Below are positions 30,891 through 40,601 of a stretch of 64,000 nt of DNA, in pieces; the first letter of the stretch is position 1, and each line of letters opens with the position of its first letter. The DNA comes from an uncultured Lentisphaerota bacterium (GTDB lineage: Bacteria; Verrucomicrobiota; Kiritimatiellia; CAIQIC01), in the NCBI GenBank assembly GCA_903912445.1, contig CAIWHP010000084.1, positions 3,621-67,620 on the forward strand. The letters run 5' to 3'. The position numbers and the translations under genes were made by a program. Below the pieces are notes generated by a model, which did not search any database, was not told the origin of the DNA, and saw nothing but the letters and a program-made list of their open reading frames with translations.

Positions 30891-32165
30891 ATGAAAATAT
30901 CGAGCGCGATGGTCCTGGGTTGGATGGTGCTGGCGGGCGCGGCGCGGGCCGACTGGCCGGAGTTTCGCGGGCCGACGGGCGACGGGCAGGCGGGCGCCGC
31001 CGGTCTGCCGCTGACGTGGAGCGAGCAGGAAAACGTGAAGTGGAAGACGGAAATTCCCTTTCGCGGCTGGTCCACGCCGGTCGTCCTCGGCGGGCAGGTG
31101 TGGCTGACCACCGCGACGCCCGACGGCCACGACTACTACGCCCTGTGCCTCGACGCGGCGACGGGCAAAATCCTTTTCAACGAAAAGCTTTTTCACTCCG
31201 ATAATCCTGAGCCGCTGGGCAATGCGGTCAATGGCTACGGCTCGTGTTCGCCGGCGATCGAGCCGGGCCGGGTCTATATCCACTTCGGCAGCTATGGCAC
31301 CGCCTGCCTCGACACCGGCACGTTCAAGGTGCTCTGGCAGCGCACCGACCTGCCGTGCCGCCACTACCGCGGGCCGGCCTCGTCGGTCATCGTGTTCGAG
31401 AATATGCTGATCCTGACGATGGACGGCGTGGACGTGCAGTACCTGATCGCGCTCGACAAGCTCACCGGCAAGACGCTCTGGAAGACCGACCGCTCGGTGC
31501 CCTGGAACGACGAGCACGCGACCTCCCGCTTCGCGAAGGATGGCGACCTGCGCAAGGCCCACAGCACCCCGCTGCTCGTCACCATCAACGGCGAACCCCA
31601 GCTGCTCACCGTGGGGGCCAAGGCGGCCTACGGCTATGTGGCGCGGACCGGCAAGGAACTCTGGCGCGTGCAATATCCCAGCGCCTGGTCGGCCTCGGCG
31701 CGGCCGGTGTTCAGCCACGGCCTCGCGCTGCTCATCACCGGCCTCGGCAAGACGGAGCTGTGGGCCGTGCGCACCGGTGGGCAGGGCGATGTGACCGGTA
31801 CGCATATCGCGTGGAAGTGCGAGAAGAGCGCCGCCAAGACGGCCTCGCCGGTGGTGGTGGACGACCTGCTCTACATGGTCAACGACGACAGCACCGCCTC
31901 GTGCCTCGAGGTCGCGACGGGCCAGCTCGTGTGGCGCGAACGGCTCGGCGGCAATTTTGCCGCGTCGCCGGTCGTCGCCGACGGCCGGATCATCTTCGCG
32001 AACCAGCAGGGCAAGACGACCGTGGTCCAGCCCGGCCGCACCTTCGCGCCGATCGCCACCAACACCCTCGACATCGGCTGCATGGCCTCGCCCGCCGTGG
32101 ATGGCAAGTCGCTCTACCTGCGCACCAAGACCCACCTCTACCGCATCGAAGCCGCGGGGAAGTGA
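30891..32165 (+). CDS. PQQ-like (BamB-like) beta-propeller protein, secreted
   Basis: Signal then DWPEFRGPTGDG..ENVKWK..GWSTPV; repeated TG..LW motifs; ASPAV..LYLRT. Confidence 0.85.
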   Translation: MKISSAMVLGWMVLAGAARADWPEFRGPTGDGQAGAAGLPLTWSEQENVKWKTEIPFRGWSTPVVLGGQVWLTTATPDGHDYYALCLDAATGKILFNEKLFHSDNPEPLGNAVNGYGSCSPAIEPGRVYIHFGSYGTACLDTGTFKVLWQRTDLPCRHYRGPASSVIVFENMLILTMDGVDVQYLIALDKLTGKTLWKTDRSVPWNDEHATSRFAKDGDLRKAHSTPLLVTINGEPQLLTVGAKAAYGYVARTGKELWRVQYPSAWSASARPVFSHGLALLITGLGKTELWAVRTGGQGDVTGTHIAWKCEKSAAKTASPVVVDDLLYMVNDDSTASCLEVATGQLVWRERLGGNFAASPVVADGRIIFANQQGKTTVVQPGRTFAPIATNTLDIGCMASPAVDGKSLYLRTKTHLYRIEAAGK

Positions 32166-32168
32166 GTC

Positions 32169-32217
32169 GAGCAGAGGTCAGCGCTGAGAGGTCAGAAGTC
32201 AGCGATCAGCGGTCAGC
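32169..32217 (+). repeat. Degenerate heptamer tandem repeat (GGTCAGM x7)
   Basis: gagcaga ggtcagc gctgaga ggtcaga agtcagc gatcagc ggtcagc. Confidence 0.7.
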
Positions 32218-32379
32218 CGGATGAAGAAATCCGCCGTAACGCGGCGGCGTGGCTAAGAGCCTCAGGTGGAGCGTGTGGTCTGTTTTGCCGGCAATGCGCT
32301 GACGCTTTTCAGCGCTTGCCCTACCTGAGGACGGGGCTTTTCGGCCCTGCACCCACCCGCGCGGAAACCGAGGCGGCGA

Positions 32380-32748
32380 TCACGGCTGCTCGCCCGCCGG
32401 GGTCAGCACGCGGACGGTCGGTGTCTTGGCCAGCAACCCGGCGAGGGCTGCGCCTGCGGCGTTGAAGTGGGCGGTGGCCAGGTGCACCGCCAAGGCGTCC
32501 AGGTTGCTCCACCGCTCATGCATGACGAAGCAATCGGGTGCGTCGGTATCCCGGTATAAATCGTAGGCTATGCAGCCCGCCTCCAGGCGCGTGAGGGGGA
32601 TGACCTGCGAGCCGGCTATCGCCGTCGCGACCTCGTCACCCCGGCCAGGCAGGGCATTCAAATCGGCCATGATGCCGAACGGTTGGCTGCTGTCGGCCAA
32701 TTTCCTCCGGAGCATGGCCACTATCGGATGATCGTTCATGATGTTCAC
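32380..32748 (-). CDS. ABM-domain (putative quinol monooxygenase-like) protein
   Basis: TRLEAGCIAYDLYRD..FVMHERW..ALAVHLATAHF. Confidence 0.8.
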   Translation of the reverse strand: MNIMNDHPIVAMLRRKLADSSQPFGIMADLNALPGRGDEVATAIAGSQVIPLTRLEAGCIAYDLYRDTDAPDCFVMHERWSNLDALAVHLATAHFNAAGAALAGLLAKTPTVRVLTPAGEQP

Positions 32749-32801
32749 TTTTCTTGGATGCCAATGCGCGTGCCGGGCCTGCCGTCATCGGGCACAACTG
32801 C

Positions 32802-33101
32802 TCAGGCGGGAGGTTGGGCCCGCCGGTTGAGCGGCGCCAGCTTTTTGAGCACCCGCTTGAATTCCTTCTCCTCGATTTCAAACTCGGCGAACTCCTCCAG
32901 GTCGAGCGGTTGGTCCGCCATCATGCCGTATTCATCTTCCTCATGGTCCCGATCATAGAGCAGGGCGTTCCCGTTCTCATAGAGCTCCATGTGGCTGACC
33001 GGCGAGCCGTCGGCCTCGACTTCAAAGTAATAGACCGCGGTGCCCCACGCATCGTAATCATCGCCGCGCAACCCATCCCAATGACGCTTGAAAAATCTCA
33101 T
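32802..33101 (-). CDS. Small acidic hypothetical protein
   Basis: 99 aa ORF with ATG start and protein-like composition (W/Y/D/E rich). Confidence 0.65.
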   Translation of the reverse strand: MRFFKRHWDGLRGDDYDAWGTAVYYFEVEADGSPVSHMELYENGNALLYDRDHEEDEYGMMADQPLDLEEFAEFEIEEKEFKRVLKKLAPLNRRAQPPA

Positions 33102-33157
33102 AGGACCATTTCATCCGTTTGCCCGCGGGCGGAATGACGCCGCCCCCTGCGGCGATG

Positions 33158-34282
33158 CTACGGCGGCGGCGGCGGGGGCGCAAGAGCGGATGCAGCGGCC
33201 TCCGGCGCGAATTGGCGGAAGACGTCCAACCACGCGCGCCAGAGGGCTTGCGGGATGGTCAATTTGCCGGCGGCCTTGAGGGCGTCGTACTCCTCCGCGG
33301 TGATGCCGTCGTAATGGCCGAGCCAGCCGCACGCCATGGGGCGCGAGGCGCGCAGGAACTGCAGCTCCTCCTCCGGCCCGCAGGCGAGGTTGAACGTCTC
33401 CTCGATCACCACCGGCTTGCCGACGCAGAACCTCTTCAGGCCGTCGAGCGCCTCGGGCACTTTGCCTTTTTCGGGATAGATGTGGACGCTGACGAAATCC
33501 AGCTCCGGCGCGACCGCCTCCGGGATGAAGCCGGAGAGATGTCCCCACTTGGGCACCCACGGCAACAGGCCGGCGGTGATCAGCGTCCTGTTGTCGTGTT
33601 TGCGGATCGCGCGCGTCAGGGCGCGGATCCACTGCTGCGCGATTTCCTCCCGTTTGCGCCCGGCGGAGGCCAGCGCGATGTACTGCACGAAATCGTATTC
33701 GCCCAGCAGCTTGCCGGAGCGCCACTCGCCCGGCTTGCGCGGACCCGCGGGCGAGATCGGCTCGTTCATCAGATCGAAGCAGAACACCGCCGGATTGGTG
33801 GCGCACTGCTTCGCGATGGCCTCCCAGAACGCCGCTTGCGTGGACCAGCGGCCGGCGTCGTCGAGCGCGTCGTACCACGCGGGCACATCGGCCGGGCGAT
33901 AGGAGGCGAGCCCGGTCAGGTCGAGGTAGATGCCCGCCTCGTTTGCGAGCGCGACGAGCTTGCCGAGCTGCGCCAGCGCCGTCGCGTTAGGCTTGGCGGG
34001 CGAGTCCATGAATTTGCCGAACTGCAAGTGGACGCGGGTGACGTTCGCGCCGAGCTTCTTCATCTCCCGGAAATCGCGAGCGACGGCGGCCCAGTCGTTG
34101 GTCCAGAAATCCTCGATCAGCCGGCCGCGGTTGCCGTAATTAAAGCCGAGCGGATGGAACGGCTGCCTGGAATCCGCCAGCACAAAGCCGCGGCCGTCCG
34201 CCGCCACGGCCACGCGCGGCAGCTCCGCCGCGACCGCAGCGCTGGCCAGCAGCAGTGCGCTGAAAAAGATTGTCCGCAGCAT
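33158..34282 (-). CDS. GH5-like glycoside hydrolase, secreted
   Basis: Signal peptide; GFNY, FDLMNEP acid/base, SVHIYP, KPVVIEE nucleophile. Confidence 0.82.
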   Translation of the reverse strand: MLRTIFFSALLLASAAVAAELPRVAVAADGRGFVLADSRQPFHPLGFNYGNRGRLIEDFWTNDWAAVARDFREMKKLGANVTRVHLQFGKFMDSPAKPNATALAQLGKLVALANEAGIYLDLTGLASYRPADVPAWYDALDDAGRWSTQAAFWEAIAKQCATNPAVFCFDLMNEPISPAGPRKPGEWRSGKLLGEYDFVQYIALASAGRKREEIAQQWIRALTRAIRKHDNRTLITAGLLPWVPKWGHLSGFIPEAVAPELDFVSVHIYPEKGKVPEALDGLKRFCVGKPVVIEETFNLACGPEEELQFLRASRPMACGWLGHYDGITAEEYDALKAAGKLTIPQALWRAWLDVFRQFAPEAAASALAPPPPPP

Positions 34283-34296
34283 TCTCTGCTCCCGCC

Positions 34297-34345
34297 TTCC
34301 AAGGCTTGGAAGAAATCACGATACTCTTTTCCAGACTTTGGGAAA
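34297..34345. repeat. TTCCAA-N3-TTGGAA cluster (2 copies)
   Basis: copies at 34297 and 34329. Confidence 0.8.
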
Positions 34346-34737
34346 CTCCTTTTAGTAACAGCGGAAAGCCCGAACTGCGCCATCACAAAACATACCGGCC
34401 GATTTATTCTGGCTATAACGACCAAGCTTCCACCGCAGATGAGCAGGTTTTCCCCGACTACGATCAGTATGACCCCGGTCCCGTTTACGATTGATTCGCC
34501 CAACGCCGCGCATCCGTATTGTCCTGCCGCGCCTAACGACCGCCGCAACCTCGCTCCCACGCGAAATTTCGCCCAACGAAAAGCTTGCTTTTGCGGGGCG
34601 CTGCGTAAAAATGCGCGCCTGATTTTTCAGTGTCATAGTGCGGTCGATAAGCGGCGCTCCCCCGGTGGGCGCGCCGAAACAATTTCTTATTTGGGTTAAT
34701 TGCTTTGAACTTTATTCTCCGTCGGTAGGGTCAAGCC

Positions 34738-36810
34738 ATGGGATTGCGCGCTTTGATCGGATTACGACTGCTGGCGACGGCCATGACGACGTCGGTCGTC
34801 TCCGCCGAGACCGTCTGGCTCGCCGACCTTAATCTATCGCCGGTCGTCCAGCCCTGGGGTCGACCCCAGAAAAACAGCTGCGCGGCGAGGAAGCCGGAGG
34901 ACGCTGCTCCGCTCAAGATTCGGGGGAAGGTCTTTGCGCGAGGTGTGGGCACGGTCGCCGAAAGCATCTTGGTCGTCTCGCTCGAAGGCGGCGCGAAGAC
35001 GTTTTCAGCCCAGGTCGGCCTGGATGACGCCAAGCGCGGATCTGCCAGGTCGAGCGTGGAATTCTTCGTCATCGGCGACGGCCGGATGCTCTGGCGCAGC
35101 GGCGTGATGCGCACCGGTACGGAAGCGAAGCCCTGCGAGGTGAACGTCGTCGGGGTGCGGCAGCTGATGCTCAAGGTCGGCGACGCGGAGGACGGTAATA
35201 ACGACGATTTCGCGGACTGGGCTGACGCCCGTTTCGAGACGACGGGGGCCAAGACTTTCCGGACCTCAGGAGAGCCCGTCCCCGCGCCGGTCGCGCCGTA
35301 TATTCTGACTCCGCCGCCGCCGGCCTCGCCTAGGATCAACGGACCGGGCGTCTTCGGCGTTCGTCCGGGCTCGCCGTTCCTGTATGCGATTCCGGCGACC
35401 GGTGAGCGCCCGCTCGCATATCAGGCCAAGGGTCTCCCGACGGGCCTGAGGCTGGACCCGAAGACCGGGCGAATCTCCGGCGTATTGTCCGCCAAGGGCG
35501 AATTCATCGTCACCCTCCGCGCCACGAACGCGCGCGGTTCCGCGGAGAAACGGTTCCGCATCGTCTGTGGCGACACCCTCGCGCTGACCCCGCCGATGGG
35601 GTGGAACAGCTGGAACTGCTTCGCCCAGACGGTCTCCGCCGAAAAGATCAAGGCCGCCGCTGACGCGATGGTCAGCACCGGCCTCGCCGACCACGGCTGG
35701 TCCTACGTCAACATCGACGACTACTGGCAGAACCACCTTCCGACGGACGAGAAGACCCTCCAGGACCTGGTTCGCCCGTTTCGTGACGAGCGCGGCGTCA
35801 TCGCCTCCAACGTCCGCTTTCCCGACATGAAGGGCCTCGCGGACTACATCCATGCCCGCGGGCTGAAGGCCGGACTATATTCCTCGCCGGGTCCGACGAC
35901 GTGCGGCAAATGCGCCGGCAGTTGGCTGCACGAGGAGCAGGATGCCCGCACCTTCGCCGAGTGGGGCTTCGATTTCCTTAAATATGACTGGTGCAGCTAC
36001 AGCTCCGTCGTGGAGGGCAAGGTCCCGACTCCTTCGGGCGTCCCGGTCCGGAAGGGCTCCAAGGACGACGCCTATGCGAGCCACCCTTTCAAGGTCATGG
36101 GCGGATACCTGCGCGCGCAGAAGCGCGACATCGTCTTCAGTCTCTGCCAGTACGGTAATAATGACGTGTGGAAATGGGGTGCGGCCGTCGGCGGCAGCAG
36201 CTGGCGCACCACGGGTGATGTGAATGACTCCTGGCGCAGCGTCCGAGAAATCGGCTTCACGCAGGACAAGGCCGCACCCTACGCCAAGCCGGGCAGCTGG
36301 ACCGATACGGACATGCTGATCCTCGGGTGGATCGGCTGGGGTCGTATGCGGCCGACCTCGCTGAGCGCGGATGAGCAATACGCCCACGTCAGCCTCTGGT
36401 GCATGCTCTCCTCGCCTTTGCTGATTGGTTGCGACATGACCAAACTGGATGCTTTCACCTTGAACCTGCTGGCCAATGACGAGGTGCTCGCGGTCAACCA
36501 GGATGAGCTGGGCCGGCAGGCGACGTGCGCGCTCCGGATTGAGGAGGTCGAGGGCAAGGTCGCCGATGTCCGGATCTATGCCAAGGACTTGGCAGATGGC
36601 GGCAGGGCGGTGGCGTTCTTCAATTTAGGCGTCGAGCCGGTAAAGTTGGCATTCAAGGAGTTCGGAAAACTGAAACTCTCGGGCCGACAGGTCGCGCGGG
36701 ATCTGTGGCGCCAACGGGACGTCGCCACGCCTGATACGGCGAAGGATGCCCTGCCGCTTCTCCTTCCCGGACATGGCGTGCTGCTCTATAAGTTCGCCGC
36801 GGCAAAATAG
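34738..36810 (+). CDS. GH27 alpha-galactosidase with NPCBM and putative Ig domain
   Basis: NPCBM (RGVGT..FSAQVGLDD..DFADWADA); LPTGLRLDPKTGRISG Ig; TPPMGWNSWN, NIDDYW, FLKYDWC, SWRTTGD. Confidence 0.9.
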   Translation: MGLRALIGLRLLATAMTTSVVSAETVWLADLNLSPVVQPWGRPQKNSCAARKPEDAAPLKIRGKVFARGVGTVAESILVVSLEGGAKTFSAQVGLDDAKRGSARSSVEFFVIGDGRMLWRSGVMRTGTEAKPCEVNVVGVRQLMLKVGDAEDGNNDDFADWADARFETTGAKTFRTSGEPVPAPVAPYILTPPPPASPRINGPGVFGVRPGSPFLYAIPATGERPLAYQAKGLPTGLRLDPKTGRISGVLSAKGEFIVTLRATNARGSAEKRFRIVCGDTLALTPPMGWNSWNCFAQTVSAEKIKAAADAMVSTGLADHGWSYVNIDDYWQNHLPTDEKTLQDLVRPFRDERGVIASNVRFPDMKGLADYIHARGLKAGLYSSPGPTTCGKCAGSWLHEEQDARTFAEWGFDFLKYDWCSYSSVVEGKVPTPSGVPVRKGSKDDAYASHPFKVMGGYLRAQKRDIVFSLCQYGNNDVWKWGAAVGGSSWRTTGDVNDSWRSVREIGFTQDKAAPYAKPGSWTDTDMLILGWIGWGRMRPTSLSADEQYAHVSLWCMLSSPLLIGCDMTKLDAFTLNLLANDEVLAVNQDELGRQATCALRIEEVEGKVADVRIYAKDLADGGRAVAFFNLGVEPVKLAFKEFGKLKLSGRQVARDLWRQRDVATPDTAKDALPLLLPGHGVLLYKFAAAK

Positions 36811-36840
36811 CTCCAGCCCCAGTCTTTTCTCGTTATTCTC

Positions 36841-36950
36841 TATCGGGGAGGGATGCGATTGCCATCGCATCCGTCTGTATCGGGGTAGGGGCAGCACCGC
36901 GTGCTGCCCTAGGTTATCGGGAAGGGTTGAGCGGCCTCGCTAAACCGCGG
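36841..36950 (+). repeat. Three REP-like hairpin units at 37 bp period
   Basis: TATCGGG leader at 36841, 36878, 36915, each followed by a different hairpin. Confidence 0.65.
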
Positions 36951-37039
36951 TTGACCAAGAGTGGTCAGCCCTACCTTGAGGCAGTGATGCAGAACTCAAA
37001 GGAAGACCGGAAACCGGAGTTAACCACGCCGGCCCTGCG

Positions 37040-37168
37040 GCCCGTGCCGTCCGCGACGTGGAGGGAACTGATCAAGCTGGTGTGGGAGGTCGATCCTCTT
37101 CTCTGCCCGCGGTGCGACGCGGAAATGGTCGCAATCAACGACTTGGTAGTCACAACTAACATTCTGCG
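37040..37168 (+). mobile_element. IS91-family transposase C-terminal remnant
   Basis: SATWRELIKLVWEVDPLLCPRCDAEM..NILR matches the W..LI..V.EVDPL.CP.C...M C-terminal motif of IS91-like transposases; no HUH/Y2 core present. Confidence 0.65.
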
Positions 37169-37197
37169 GCGGCAGGAATGCCGCCGCTCCCAGCTAG
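37166..37197. repeat. REP-like hairpin with TCCCAGCTAG tail
   Basis: gcggcggca-ggaa-tgccgccgc-tcccagctag; same architecture as 58561-58592. Confidence 0.65.
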
Positions 37198-37250
37198 AAG
37201 CATAGTCGCCTCTGTACCTCGTCTTCCCTCTGCGCCCTCTGTGGGTTTCA

Positions 37251-38276
37251 TTATTTTTTTCGCAGCAGCGGCCGGATGATGACCCACCAGCCGTGCAGCA
37301 GGCCGCTCAAGATTTTGCCGAACAGTGCGAGGGCTTTCTTCTCCTGCACGGCACCGGGGAGTTCGAGCGTGCCGCCGGTCAGGGTCTGGCGGTCGGGCAC
37401 GCGCTTGTGCGCCATGACGAACTGCTGCTTCGTGCGGATTTTGCTGCGCGAGCGAGCCGCGTCCCAGCAGCCGCCGAGGAATGCGCCGCCCTGGCCTTTG
37501 ATGGCGAAGAAAAATCCGGCGCACAGCTGGTAGAGCAGGATGCCGGGCAGCGCGAGCCAGAAGGTGCGCGTGTCGTAGTGCGTCATCAGGAAACGCCAGC
37601 GGTTGCGCACCTGGAGGCGCACCCACTTGGTGCTGCGGCCGGCGCTCATGTGCCAGCAGACGGCCTGGCTGACGGCGTAGCAGGGGCGGCCGCAGACGGT
37701 CATGCGGAACGTCAGGTCACCATCCTCCCAGCCGAACATCAGGTCCTCGTCGTAGGCGCCGAGGTCGAGCGCGGCACGGCGGTTGAACAGCGCCGCGCCG
37801 GCGGAGACGGTGCCGACGACGAACGGGGCGGCGTGCACGGCACGGTTGACGACGACTTCGCCGGCGTAGTGGATGTCGGCGCCGTTGTACTGGACGCGCT
37901 CGGGCTCGGCGTGGAACCGGATCTGGCCGGTGACCGCGCCGGCGTCGGGGTGCTGGTCGAAGACGGCGGCGAGGCGCGCAGCATAGTCGGGCGCGAAGAG
38001 GATGTCATTGTCGAGCAGCAGCACGAGGTCGGTCTGCGCCTCGCGCAGCGCGCGGTTCCGGGCGGGGTTGGGGCCGCGGTTGTCTCCCATGTCGATCACG
38101 CGGACGCGGCTGCCGTAGCGTTCGCGCACCATCTGCGCCGAGCCGTCGGGCGAGGCGTTGTCCACCAGCAGGATCTCGGCGGTCTCGACGCCTGCCTGGG
38201 CGAACAGGCGCTCGAGCACCGGCGGCAGTGTGGCGGCGCCGTTGTAGTTGACGATGCCGAAGGTGATGCGGTGCAT
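37251..38276 (-). CDS. Glycosyltransferase family 2
   Basis: IVNYNG, LVDNASPDGS, LLLDNDI, WEDGDL. Confidence 0.9.
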   Translation of the reverse strand: MHRITFGIVNYNGAATLPPVLERLFAQAGVETAEILLVDNASPDGSAQMVRERYGSRVRVIDMGDNRGPNPARNRALREAQTDLVLLLDNDILFAPDYAARLAAVFDQHPDAGAVTGQIRFHAEPERVQYNGADIHYAGEVVVNRAVHAAPFVVGTVSAGAALFNRRAALDLGAYDEDLMFGWEDGDLTFRMTVCGRPCYAVSQAVCWHMSAGRSTKWVRLQVRNRWRFLMTHYDTRTFWLALPGILLYQLCAGFFFAIKGQGGAFLGGCWDAARSRSKIRTKQQFVMAHKRVPDRQTLTGGTLELPGAVQEKKALALFGKILSGLLHGWWVIIRPLLRKK

Positions 38277-38278
38277 GG

Positions 38279-39415
38279 TCAGGGCGAGGCCTCGACGGTG
38301 AGGTTCGGCGTGACCACCAGCGGCTGCGGCACGGCGGCGGCCTTGTGGCCGGGGGCCCACGCGCCGGCGCAGGGCAGGTGGTTCCGGTTCCGGTCGCCCG
38401 GGGTGAGCGCGATATCCATGGTGTAGCTGCCGGGCTGGAAGGCCGGTGGCGGCACCTTGAGCGTCTCGGTTTCTTTCCACACATCGCCGCCGTGGGGCAG
38501 GCCGCAGTCGAAGGTGAACGGGCCGCCCGCGCCGCGCAGCGTAAGCCAGACGTGCGCGCTGCTGCGCACCAGCGCGGCGGGCAGCTGCCAGTGCATCCGG
38601 ACGGCGACTTCCTTGGAGGACGCGACCCGTTCCGGCCATTGCACGCCGAGCAACTGCACGCCGTTGGCGTAGGCGGCCGGCGGCGCGACCGCGGCGGCCA
38701 GCAGCTCGGGGATCGTGACGAAGCGGTAGCCGCGCGCCTTGACCTGCGGGATCAGCCGCGCGACGGCCTGCACGGAGGCGACGCGGTGCGGGCCGTCGTT
38801 GGTCTCCTTGCCGTCGTGCAGCAGGAAGATCGCGCCGGGCGCGAGCTGGTCGAGCAGCGCGCCGGCGATTTCCTCCGGCGTATGCGGGTTCCAGTCGCTC
38901 GCCGCGGCCGACCAGCCGCCGATCACGTGGCCCGTGTCGCGGCAGATTTCGAAGTAGTCCTGGCCGTAGAGGCCGAACGGCGGGCGCATGAGGAGGGGCT
39001 TCTGGCCGGTCAGCTTCTCGAAGATGGCGTCGGCTTGCGTGATCTCCTCGCGGATGACCGCGGGCGTGCTCCGGTCAAAGCGCGGATGGCTGAGCGAGTG
39101 GTTGCCGATCGCGTGTCCGCCGGCGACGATCTCCTGGACGATGTCGGGGTGCTTCGCGGCGTTCAGGCCGATGAGCATGAACGTGACGTGGACGTTCTCC
39201 TTGGCGCAGATGGCGAGCAGCTGCCGCGTGCAGGGATCGTTGGGCCCGTCATCGAAGCTCAGGGCGACGAGCTTTTCCGCCACCGGCACGAAGTGCAGCA
39301 GCTCGCCCGGCTGCGCGACGAAACGCGGCGGCGCAGGCGGCGGCGGTGGCTGCCGTTGCCCGCAGCCGGTCATGAGCAACGCCGCAGCCAGCGCTCCGAA
39401 AATCATCCTGTTCAT
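38279..39415 (-). CDS. Polysaccharide deacetylase (CE4) lipoprotein
   Basis: Lipobox LMTGC; LSFDDGP, GNHSLSH, RPPFG, DW, LLHDG NodB motifs. Confidence 0.9.
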   Translation of the reverse strand: MNRMIFGALAAALLMTGCGQRQPPPPPAPPRFVAQPGELLHFVPVAEKLVALSFDDGPNDPCTRQLLAICAKENVHVTFMLIGLNAAKHPDIVQEIVAGGHAIGNHSLSHPRFDRSTPAVIREEITQADAIFEKLTGQKPLLMRPPFGLYGQDYFEICRDTGHVIGGWSAAASDWNPHTPEEIAGALLDQLAPGAIFLLHDGKETNDGPHRVASVQAVARLIPQVKARGYRFVTIPELLAAAVAPPAAYANGVQLLGVQWPERVASSKEVAVRMHWQLPAALVRSSAHVWLTLRGAGGPFTFDCGLPHGGDVWKETETLKVPPPAFQPGSYTMDIALTPGDRNRNHLPCAGAWAPGHKAAAVPQPLVVTPNLTVEASP

Positions 39416-39448
39416 CTCATCTCCCCATTGCTAACGTCGTCGCCCGAT

Positions 39449-40435
39449 ATGAAACGATGGCAAAAAAATCTGTTGAAACTCGCCTTCATCACGGCCTGTT
39501 TCGCCATCATCTTTTCCAAAATTCACCCCGCCGAACTGAAACAGCACTTTGCCGAGGTGTCGCCCGGCTGGGTGCTGGCGGCGTGGCTCACCGTCCTCGC
39601 CGAGCCGCTGCTGGTCGCGGTGAAGTGGAATCTACTGCTAGGCGAAAAAGGAATCAACCTCGGCCTGCTGCGCATCGCGCGCATCGTTTTCACCAGCAAC
39701 TTCCTGTGCGTCGCGGTGCCGGTCAGCGTGGGCGCCGACGCGCTGCGGCTGATGATGGTCACGGGCGCGCAGCAGAGCTTCACCCATGCCGCCGGCGCGC
39801 TGGTCGCCGACCGCATCCTGGGGGCGCTGGCGATCATGGTGCTCTCGCTCGTCGGCGTCGCTTGGGCCGGGCTGGCGCTGCTGGGCGTGCAGACGCTCTG
39901 GACCATCCTCGTCCTCGCGGCCGCGGTCCTGACGCTGATCGGGCTGCTGCTCTCGCCGCTGCCGGTGTTCTGGGTGCCGCTGCTCAAGCGCCGGCTGGCC
40001 GGGCGCGGCCGGCTGGCGGCGCGCCTCGTCGCGGTCGCCGAGCGCGCCGTGGCGGTTCACGACTCGCTCACCTCGTTCCGGCATCATCCGGCCCAACTGG
40101 TGCGGGTCTTCGCGCTGAACCTGCTGGCCCAGATGCTGCGCGTGCTGCAGATCGTGCTGCTGTTCCGCGCCGTCGGCCACCCGGTGCCGGTGAGCCAGGC
40201 CGCGGCGTTCGTGCCGATCATCAACATGTTCACCCTGCTGCCGATCTCCTACTTCGGGCTGGGCGTCAAGGAAGGCGCGTTCCTCTATTTCTTCGGCCGC
40301 GCCGGCCTCGCGAAGGCGCTGTGCCTGACGGTCTCGTTCATCACCTACCCGCTGATCCTCGGCGCGATGCTGCCCGGCGCGCTCTTTGCGCTGCTCGACG
40401 CCCTCAAACGCCCCGCCGCTCCCAAGCCGGAGTGA
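39449..40435 (+). CDS. Lysylphosphatidylglycerol-synthase TM-domain (flippase-like) membrane protein
   Basis: Multiple TM helices; KW..LL, P..VGAD..R, LVADRILG, LPISYFGLGVKEGA. Confidence 0.82.
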   Translation: MKRWQKNLLKLAFITACFAIIFSKIHPAELKQHFAEVSPGWVLAAWLTVLAEPLLVAVKWNLLLGEKGINLGLLRIARIVFTSNFLCVAVPVSVGADALRLMMVTGAQQSFTHAAGALVADRILGALAIMVLSLVGVAWAGLALLGVQTLWTILVLAAAVLTLIGLLLSPLPVFWVPLLKRRLAGRGRLAARLVAVAERAVAVHDSLTSFRHHPAQLVRVFALNLLAQMLRVLQIVLLFRAVGHPVPVSQAAAFVPIINMFTLLPISYFGLGVKEGAFLYFFGRAGLAKALCLTVSFITYPLILGAMLPGALFALLDALKRPAAPKPE

Positions 40436-40438
40436 CCT

Positions 40439-40516
40439 TTCCCCGCCTTGGAAGCTGTTTCCTCCGGGTTTTCCGTGACTTGGAATGACGGCGGGCGGAG
40501 TTTTCTGGTCTGGAAA
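40439..40516. repeat. Degenerate TTCCAA-N3-TTGGAA cluster (3 copies)
   Basis: copies at about 40439, 40471, 40502. Confidence 0.65.
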
Positions 40517-40601
40517 CCAGTGGCAATGCAAAAGAAAATCTTGCTTTGAGCCCGCGTGGACGGCTATGAAAGTCGCCGTTTGCCGTATTCCGGGACAAAA
40601 A

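Noticed and set aside
32770-32822. Integron attC-like sites (gcccaac..gttgtgc on the - strand here; attgaac..gttcggc near 55790-55856)
   Set aside because: The R boxes are suggestive, but I could not form a convincing L-box stem, and there is no integrase in the window.
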